A stretch of DNA of 64,000 bases from the NCBI GenBank assembly GCA_035635995.1, contig DASPZZ010000251.1:1086-65085 (forward strand), in the 5' to 3' direction. Made by a program: the position numbers and the translations under genes. Source of the stretch: Candidatus Binatia bacterium. Its GTDB lineage: Bacteria > Methylomirabilota > Methylomirabilia > Rokubacteriales > CSP1-6. Positions 58,124 through 64,000 of the stretch are shown here, piece after piece. Below the pieces are notes generated by a model that saw nothing but the letters and a program-made list of their open reading frames with translations, was not told where the DNA came from and ran no database searches. Every line of letters starts with the position of its first letter. The first letter of the stretch is position 1.

Positions 58124-58835
58124 GCCGCGGCTCGGACGGATCATCGCTCTTCTCGCGGCGGTCGCGGCGCTCGTGACCGCCGCCGGGACCGGACCCGTCG
58201 AGGCTCACGAGCCCGACGACCGCCTGCCGGCGGCGGTCACGATGGACTTCGTGCCGCCGCTCCCCGGAAGTTACCCGCTGCACGCGATCATGCGGGCGCC
58301 GGATGGGCCGGTGCTCGATCTCGACGGCCGGCGCCTGCCGCTGTCGCGTTTCACCGCGGGGAAGATCACGCTTCTGGGCTTCATCTACACGTCGTGCGCC
58401 GATGCCCGGGGCTGTCCCCTCGCCTACCAGGTCTTCCACACGGTGCGGCATCGCGTGTCGGAGGACCCCGAGCTCCGCCACCGCGTCCGCCTGGTGTCGC
58501 TCAGCTTCGATCCGGCCCGGGACACCCCGGCGGTGATGCGCCACTACGCGGCGGCCGCCCCGCGAAACGGCGTGGAGTGGGCCTTCCTCACCACCGAGAT
58601 GCCCCGGACGCTGGTGCCGATTCTCGACGGCTTCGGCCAGGACGTGCGCGTCGAGCTCGACTCGCGCGCTCGGCCGGCGGGCCCGCTCGCGCACGTGCTC
58701 AAGGTCTTCCTGCTCGACGAGCGGGCGATCGTCCGCGAGATCTACACCACCGCGTACCTTTTTCCCGAGGTCATCCTGAACGACATCAAGACGCTTCGGC
58801 TCTTGGACGGGGGCCAGCGGAGGGTCATCCCGTGA
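58092..58835 (+). CDS. SCO1/SenC-family thioredoxin-fold (copper chaperone-like) protein
   Basis: 247 aa with a TM/signal segment, LLGFIYTSCADARGCPL (a C-x5-C instead of the usual CxxxC), SLSFDPARDTP and HVLKVFLLD. The ATG lies 32 nt inside the preceding gene. Confidence 0.75.
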   Translation: MDSSAPPRSAEPRLGRIIALLAAVAALVTAAGTGPVEAHEPDDRLPAAVTMDFVPPLPGSYPLHAIMRAPDGPVLDLDGRRLPLSRFTAGKITLLGFIYTSCADARGCPLAYQVFHTVRHRVSEDPELRHRVRLVSLSFDPARDTPAVMRHYAAAAPRNGVEWAFLTTEMPRTLVPILDGFGQDVRVELDSRARPAGPLAHVLKVFLLDERAIVREIYTTAYLFPEVILNDIKTLRLLDGGQRRVIP

Positions 58836-59692
58836 GCCCCGCCGCTCGAGCGCCGCTGACTTCGCCCCTGGTCACCGCCGAGTGGCTCGCCCAGAACCTG
58901 GGGCGGCGAAACGTCCGGGTGGTCGACGGCTCCTGGCACATGCCCCAGCTCGAGCGCGACGCGCGCGCCGAGTTCGCGGCGGCGCACGTCCCGGGCGCCG
59001 TGTTCTTCGACATCGACGCGATCGCCGACCCGCACACGCCGCTCCCGCACATGCTGCCGCGCGCCGCGGAATTCGCGCGGAGCGTCGGGGGCCTCGGGAT
59101 CGGCCACCGCGACCGCGTGATCGTCTACGACACGCGCGGCGTCGTGAGCGCCGCCCGCGTGTGGTGGACCTTCCGCGCCTTCGGCCACGACGCGGTCGCC
59201 GTCCTCGACGGCGGCCTCCCGCGGTGGCGCGCCGAGGGGCGTCCGCTCGAGGCGGGCACGCCGGCGCCGAAGCCTCGCCGCTTCACCGCGCGCCTGCGCC
59301 GGAGCCTCGTCCGCGACCTCACGGGCCTGCGCGAGAATCTCGCGACGCGCCGGGCGCAGGTGCTCGACGCCCGCTCGCGCGGTCGCTTCGCCGGCACCGA
59401 GCCGGAGCCTCGCGCGAGTCTCCGTCCAGGGCACATCCCCGGGAGCCTGAACCTTCCGTACGACGAGCTCTATCAGCAAGACGGCACGCTCTTGCCGGCT
59501 GACGCCCTCCGGCGGAAATTCGAGGCGGCGGGGCTCGACCTCGACAAGCCCGTGGTCACCTCGTGCGGATCGGGCGTCACCGCGTCCGTGCTGGCCCTCG
59601 GGCTCTGTGTGGTCGGCCGGCCCGGGGTCGCGGTCTACGACGGGTCCTGGACGGAATGGGGCGGCCGTGACGATACACCGGTAGAGAAATAG
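58832..59692 (+). CDS. sseA: 3-mercaptopyruvate/thiosulfate sulfurtransferase (tandem rhodanese)
   Basis: 286 aa from GTG 58832 (GTGA overlap). Motifs are HVPGAVFFD and GHIPGSLNLP, with the active-site loop TSCGSGVTA. Confidence 0.88.
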   Translation: MSPAARAPLTSPLVTAEWLAQNLGRRNVRVVDGSWHMPQLERDARAEFAAAHVPGAVFFDIDAIADPHTPLPHMLPRAAEFARSVGGLGIGHRDRVIVYDTRGVVSAARVWWTFRAFGHDAVAVLDGGLPRWRAEGRPLEAGTPAPKPRRFTARLRRSLVRDLTGLRENLATRRAQVLDARSRGRFAGTEPEPRASLRPGHIPGSLNLPYDELYQQDGTLLPADALRRKFEAAGLDLDKPVVTSCGSGVTASVLALGLCVVGRPGVAVYDGSWTEWGGRDDTPVEK

Positions 59693-59703
59693 GAGATCCC
59701 CAC

Positions 59704-60123
59704 ATGCCGCTCAAGCTCTCGGACGACATCAAGGCGCTCGTGCGCGGCGCGAACTTCGCCCATCTGGCGACCCTCATGCGCGACGGGTCGCCGCAGGTGG
59801 CGCCGGTATGGGTGGATCTCGAGGGGGACTCCATCCTCGTGAGCACCGGCGAGGGGTCGCTCAAGGCGAAGAACACCCGGCGCGACGCGCGGGTCGGGCT
59901 CTCGGTCATCGCCATGGACAACCCGTACCGGGAAGCGCAGCTCCGAGGGCGAGTCGCCGAGCGGCGGCCCGACGCCGATTTCAGAATGATGGACCGGATC
60001 TCGCACAAGTACACGGGCAAGCCGTTTCCGTTCCGCGACAACCCCGCCCAGCGAGTCGTCCTCGTGATCGAGGTCGAGCGGGCCCGCTACGCCGTTTTGC
60101 CGTTCGTGCACGCGCCCGCGTAG
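59704..60123 (+). CDS. PPOX-class (pyridoxamine 5-phosphate oxidase-like) probable F420-dependent enzyme
   Basis: 139 aa with NFAHLATLMRDGSPQVAPVWV and KAKNTRRDARV. AGGAG RBS upstream. Confidence 0.78.
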   Translation: MPLKLSDDIKALVRGANFAHLATLMRDGSPQVAPVWVDLEGDSILVSTGEGSLKAKNTRRDARVGLSVIAMDNPYREAQLRGRVAERRPDADFRMMDRISHKYTGKPFPFRDNPAQRVVLVIEVERARYAVLPFVHAPA

Positions 60124-60156
60124 CCGAGTGGCATTCACGCTCCCCTTCGCTGTGAG

Positions 60157-61107
60157 TCAAGCGAGCTTCGGCCACACCTCGTCGGCGAGGCGCTCCATGG
60201 TCTCCAGCACCTCGGCCTGGGAGCCGGAGCGACAGTCGAAGATGGCGTGCGTGGGGCCGAGATCGACGATCGGCTTGAGCTGCTCGATCACCTGCGCCGC
60301 GGTCCCGACGAAGACGCGCCCCGGCTCTTCCGGTTCCCGCCGCGCCGCGTCCCCGCGTGGCCCCACGACGCGCGCCCCGTACCTCACGGAGAGCCCACAG
60401 GCGCCGTCGGGCCGGCCGCTGGCGCCGACCTGGGCGCGCAAGTACTCGCGGCGCGCTCGTAGCTCGTCCACGGGCATCCGGAACGCGTGCCAGCTCTGGC
60501 CGTACCTCGCCGCCCGGCGGATGGCCGGGTCGCTGTTGCCGCCGACGAAGATCGGAGGGTGAGGTTTCTGCACGGGCTTCGGGAAGCAGCCGATGTCTCG
60601 CACCTGGTAGAACTGACCATCGAAGACCGGGTTCTCCTCGGTCCACAGCTTGACGAAGAGCTGGAGCCATTCGTCCGTGACGGCGCCCCGCGCCCCGAAC
60701 GGCGGGCTGCCCAACACGGCGAACTCCTCGGCCAGCCAGCCGACGCCCACGCCCACGAAGAGCCGTCCGCCCGAGAGCACATCGATCGTCGCCAGCATCT
60801 TGGCCGTGAGCACCGGATTACGGTACGGCAGCACGAGGACGCTCGGACCGAAGCGAATACGGGTCGTGGCGCCCGCGAGAAAGGACAGCATGGAGAGCGG
60901 CTCGAGATAGTCGGCGTCGGGCGGCACGAAGATGCGGCCGGTCGCGTTATAGGGATAGCGCGACTCGATGCGCCGCGGGATCACCACGTGATCGGTGACC
61001 ACGATCGCCTCGTAGGCGAGCGTCTCGGCGCGGCGCGCAGCCTCGACGACGTTCTCCCGAGTCGCAAGCGGCCCGGCGTTCAGAATCTGGAAGCCCAGCT
61101 TGGTCAT
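60157..61107 (-). CDS. LLM-class (luciferase-like) probable F420-dependent oxidoreductase
   Basis: 316 aa from ATG 61107. It has the TIM-barrel LLM pattern (VVTDHVV, LSGGRLFVGVGVGW, PPIFVGG). Confidence 0.82.
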   Translation of the reverse strand: MTKLGFQILNAGPLATRENVVEAARRAETLAYEAIVVTDHVVIPRRIESRYPYNATGRIFVPPDADYLEPLSMLSFLAGATTRIRFGPSVLVLPYRNPVLTAKMLATIDVLSGGRLFVGVGVGWLAEEFAVLGSPPFGARGAVTDEWLQLFVKLWTEENPVFDGQFYQVRDIGCFPKPVQKPHPPIFVGGNSDPAIRRAARYGQSWHAFRMPVDELRARREYLRAQVGASGRPDGACGLSVRYGARVVGPRGDAARREPEEPGRVFVGTAAQVIEQLKPIVDLGPTHAIFDCRSGSQAEVLETMERLADEVWPKLA

Positions 61108-61159
61108 CGTCACTTCTCTCCAGCGCGCGGCGAGAAGCTCGGCGCGCGGCGCCGACCGG

Positions 61160-61507
61160 TCAGTCGCAGTAGAGCTCGACCGTGTAGCCGTTCGGGTCTT
61201 CGATGTAAATCGCGGTGCCGGCGCGGCGGCCACGGATCGGCACGCCGGCCTTCTTGACGCGCGCGCAGACCTTTTTCCATTGGGCGCGCGGGAAGTGGAG
61301 GCCGAAGTGGTCGAACCCTCCGGCGTCCGGGTCGAATCGGGCCCGCGTCCCGACGAAGTTGAGGAGATCCCGGCCGCCCGGCGTCTCGAGGAAGATCATC
61401 CCCTCGTGGGGGAAGGCCGGCTTGAGCCCGAGGACGTCGATGTAGAAGCGCTCGGTGGCGGCGAGATCGCGTGTCTTCAGGGCCAGGTGCCGGAGCCCGC
61501 GGCTCAT
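61160..61507 (-). CDS. VOC (glyoxalase/bleomycin resistance/dioxygenase) family protein
   Basis: 115 aa from ATG 61507 with LRHLALKTRDLAATERFYIDVLG, FDHFGLH and YIEDPNGYTVEL. Confidence 0.82.
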   Translation of the reverse strand: MSRGLRHLALKTRDLAATERFYIDVLGLKPAFPHEGMIFLETPGGRDLLNFVGTRARFDPDAGGFDHFGLHFPRAQWKKVCARVKKAGVPIRGRRAGTAIYIEDPNGYTVELYCD

Positions 61508-61544
61508 ATGGCGCGATTGTCCCGGAGGGCCATGATGTCCAGCG

Positions 61545-62666
61545 TCACGGCTCCGCCGGGCCGACGCCCTTGAACACGAACTTCTGGGCGCGCTTGCCCG
61601 AGTCCACCTCGGCCGTGTAGACGTTGCCCTTCGAGTCCACGGCAAGATTGTGCACCCAGTGGAGCTGGCCGGCCTGGCGACCGCTCCGGCCGAACCGGCC
61701 GACGACCAGGCCGTTGTCGCGCAGGAGCGTCCACACGTGGTTGTTCTCGCCGTCGGCGTTGTAGAGCCAGGTCTGCGGCGCGTCGTGGGAGACGTCGAGG
61801 TCCCAGACCGACCCGTTGCCGCGCGTCGCGGGCGCGACGACGAACTCCTTCACGAACGTCCCGTCCTTCCGGAACACCTGGATACGGTTGTTCATCCGGT
61901 CGCACACGTAGAGGAGCCCGTCCTTTGCGAGCCGCACGCAGTGCACCGGATTGCCGAAGGGCTTCACGCCCGGCTCGCCGGGCGGCCGGCCGTTGGCGCC
62001 CCAGTGCCGCTTGTAGGCGCCGGTCTGCGCGTCGAAGACGATCACGCGATGGTTCTTGTAGCCGTCGGCGACGAACAGATCGTTCGTCGCCGGGTCCACG
62101 TTCATGTTCGCGGGCCGCCCGAGGTGCGCCGTGTCGTTGTCGCCGCCGGTCACGTCGTGCTTGCCGATCTGGAGCAGGAACTTGCCGTCGCGGGTGAACT
62201 TGAGCACCTGGTGATCCTTCTGGTCGTTGCCGCCGATCCACACGTTGTCCCGGTGGTCGACGAAGATCCCGTGCTCGTTCAGCGGCCATTCGTAGCCGGC
62301 GCCCGGGCCGCCCCACGAACGCACGAGCAGCCCGTCGGCGTCGAACTCGAGCACCGGAGGCGCCGGTGCGCAGCAGAGCGAGCGCGGCGGGTTCAGGGTG
62401 GCGCCCCGCTCGTCCTCGGTCAGCGTGCGTGGGCGCTGGATGACCCACACGTGGTCGTGACGGTCCACCGCCACACCCGCGGCCTGGCCCATCAGCCAGT
62501 TGTTCGGCAAGGGCTTCGGCCACCACGGGTCTACCTGGAATCGCGGCGCGGTCCCGTCCGCCGGACGCTGGGCCGTCACCGGGCGTGTGAGCACGAGCGT
62601 CAGAAGGGCGAGCGCGCCGATCGTGAGTGCGGCGGCGAGCAGGCGGAGACGACGGCGCGTGGTCAT
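61545..62666 (-). CDS. secreted NHL-repeat beta-propeller protein (peptidylglycine alpha-amidating lyase-like)
   Basis: 373 aa with a signal/TM anchor and repeated NHL-like blades (VAVDRHDHVWV, IFVDHRDNVWI, LFVADGYKNHRVIVFD, LYVCDRMNNRIQVF, VYTAEVDSGKRAQKF). Confidence 0.75.
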   Translation of the reverse strand: MTTRRRLRLLAAALTIGALALLTLVLTRPVTAQRPADGTAPRFQVDPWWPKPLPNNWLMGQAAGVAVDRHDHVWVIQRPRTLTEDERGATLNPPRSLCCAPAPPVLEFDADGLLVRSWGGPGAGYEWPLNEHGIFVDHRDNVWIGGNDQKDHQVLKFTRDGKFLLQIGKHDVTGGDNDTAHLGRPANMNVDPATNDLFVADGYKNHRVIVFDAQTGAYKRHWGANGRPPGEPGVKPFGNPVHCVRLAKDGLLYVCDRMNNRIQVFRKDGTFVKEFVVAPATRGNGSVWDLDVSHDAPQTWLYNADGENNHVWTLLRDNGLVVGRFGRSGRQAGQLHWVHNLAVDSKGNVYTAEVDSGKRAQKFVFKGVGPAEP

Positions 62667-63670
62667 GGGGTGGCCTCTTCGAGCTCAAAGACCCGGGCCA
62701 GGAGCTCGTAGGAACGGCGCCGCGCCTTGGGGTCGTGGGTGATCGTGACGATGACCAGCTCGTCGGCTTCGTACTCGGCCGCGAGCGCCTCGAGCCGCGC
62801 GCGTACCTGCTCGGGCGCGCCCGCCACGGTGCGCCCGCGCGCGTGGTGGAGGATCGCGAGCTCGCGCTCCGTGTACGGATACGACTCGGCCTCTTCGATC
62901 GACGGGTAGCGCTCGGGGCGTCCCGTGTACAGCCGGACGATGAAGAGCTCGCGGCTCTTGGCCAGCCGCTGCGCCTCGGCCTCGGTGTCCGCGCAGACCA
63001 CGAACACCGCGGCACTCGCGAGGGGTGCCGCGAGCCAGGCGGACGGGCGGAACTGCCGCCGATAGGCGCGCGTCGCCTCGGCGCCGCCCTCCTGGTTGAT
63101 GAAGTGGGCGAACGAGAACCCGGTGCCGAAGTGCGCGGCGACCGCCGCGCTTTGGTCGCTCGAGCCGAGGAGCCACACCTCCGGCGCCGTGGGCCCGGTC
63201 GGCATCGCGAGGATCCGCGCGAAGGGGTGGCCCTCCGGCAGGGCGCCGTGAAGGAATCCGACCACGTCGGCGACCTGCTGGGGGAAGTGTTCGGGGCTCC
63301 CGTCGTCCCGGAGCGCCCGCGCCGTCAGCTGGTCGCTCCCGGGCGCGCGGCCGATGCCGAGATCGATGCGGCCGGGAAAGAGCGTCTCCAGCACGCGGAA
63401 GCTCTCGGCGACCTTCAGCGGGCTGTAGTGCTGGAGCATGACGCCGCCCGAGCCCACGCGGATCCGCGAGGTGCGGGCGGCGACCTGGCCGATCAGCACC
63501 TCGGGGCTCGAGCCCGCCAGCCCGGGCGTCGAGTGGTGCTCGGCGAGCCAGTAGCGATGGTAGCCCAGCCGGTCGCACGCCTCGGCGAGATCGAGGGTCT
63601 CGTGGATGGCGTCCGCGACGGCGCCGCCGCTTCGAACCGGCGATTGGTCGAGCACGCCCAGCCGGAGCAT
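62663..63670 (-). CDS. LLM-class flavin-dependent oxidoreductase (YhbW-like)
   Basis: 335 aa with LGVLDQSPV, YHRYWLAEHH and VMLQHYSPLKVAE. Confidence 0.85.
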   Translation of the reverse strand: MLRLGVLDQSPVRSGGAVADAIHETLDLAEACDRLGYHRYWLAEHHSTPGLAGSSPEVLIGQVAARTSRIRVGSGGVMLQHYSPLKVAESFRVLETLFPGRIDLGIGRAPGSDQLTARALRDDGSPEHFPQQVADVVGFLHGALPEGHPFARILAMPTGPTAPEVWLLGSSDQSAAVAAHFGTGFSFAHFINQEGGAEATRAYRRQFRPSAWLAAPLASAAVFVVCADTEAEAQRLAKSRELFIVRLYTGRPERYPSIEEAESYPYTERELAILHHARGRTVAGAPEQVRARLEALAAEYEADELVIVTITHDPKARRRSYELLARVFELEEATP

Positions 63671-64000
63671 CTAGTTGATCCGCTTCTCCTTGCCCTTCCA
63701 TTCTTTCTCGCGCAGGACGAACTTTTGCACCTTCCCCGTCGACGTCTTCGGCAGGTCGCCGAACTCCACCGCCGCCGGGCACTTGAAGTGCGCGATGTGC
63801 TGCCGGCAGAACTCGACGATCTCCGGCGCGGTTGCCTGCTGCCCCGGCTTGAGCGTGACGAACGCCTTGGGCCGCTCGCCCCACGTGTCGTCGGGGATCG
63901 CGACGACCGCGCACTCGAGCACGGCCGGGTGCCGGGCGACGCACTGCTCGACCTCGATCGTCGAGATGTTCTCGCCGCCCGAGATGATGATGTCCTTCTT
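63671..64000 (-). CDS. AMP-dependent acyl-CoA synthetase/ligase, C-terminal part only (gene runs off the right edge)
   Basis: The reverse complement reads KKDIIISGGENISTIEVEQCVARHPAVLECAVVAIPDDTWGERPKAFV...LPKTSTGKVQKFVLRE. This is the canonical ANL C-terminal domain. Confidence 0.85.
   Translation of the reverse strand, partial: KKDIIISGGENISTIEVEQCVARHPAVLECAVVAIPDDTWGERPKAFVTLKPGQQATAPEIVEFCRQHIAHFKCPAAVEFGDLPKTSTGKVQKFVLREKEWKGKEKRIN

Overview
The window is a high-GC (roughly 70%), densely coding bacterial chromosomal segment. I support about 65 protein genes, many joined by 1-4 nt start/stop overlaps (ATGA, GTGA, TGATG). I see no rRNA, tRNA, CRISPR array, transposase, integrase or phage gene. 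All calls come from reading the ORF translations and the DNA by eye; no database search was run, so family names are motif-level recognitions. Layout, left to right: (1) 1-11293, all minus strand, is a trehalose super-locus. It holds a sensor-fused otsA, otsB, a truncated treY remnant, a TreT-associated hypothetical, treT, a GT-A glycosyltransferase, treS, mak and a sugar ABC importer. (2) 11400-13266 holds an AcuC-type deacetylase, moaC and a DUF465-like gene behind a near-consensus promoter. (3) 13351-15227 is an organoarsenical module: arsI plus an aquaporin::ArsN-like acetyltransferase fusion, behind a perfect 13-6-13 operator. (4) 15255-19632 is a Mo/W-type ABC system with two different permeases and two different ATPases. 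(5) 19673-36700 is housekeeping and miscellaneous: tpx, a cytochrome c fusion, ALDH, GT39, D-aminoacylase, two cyclophilins, typA, hydrolases, ald, DUF72 and an MlaC-like gene. (6) 37182-40008 holds a LysR regulator divergent from a 39-aa uORF, a PAT-like GNAT with no canonical start, and a class III aminotransferase. (7) 40145-45227 holds NHEJ genes: a CPBP protease and ligD in one operon, divergent from ku. (8) 45268-51095 is a 2-oxoacid dehydrogenase operon interrupted by a methyltransferase. (9) 51102-64000 holds a phosphodiesterase, MFS, pcp, F420-type enzymes, a murA with Asp at the catalytic Cys position, an SBP56/methanethiol-oxidase-like gene with SCO and sulfurtransferase genes, an NHL propeller, LLM oxidoreductases and a truncated acyl-CoA synthetase. 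The most unusual non-genic signals are very long, nearly perfect GC-rich inverted repeats. One fills a convergent intergenic gap (30615-30794). Two lie inside open reading frames, in inter-domain linkers of ligD (41114-41298) and of the E2 acyltransferase (47687-47756). A small CTAGCGCG-flanked repeat family also supplies the stop codons of two genes.
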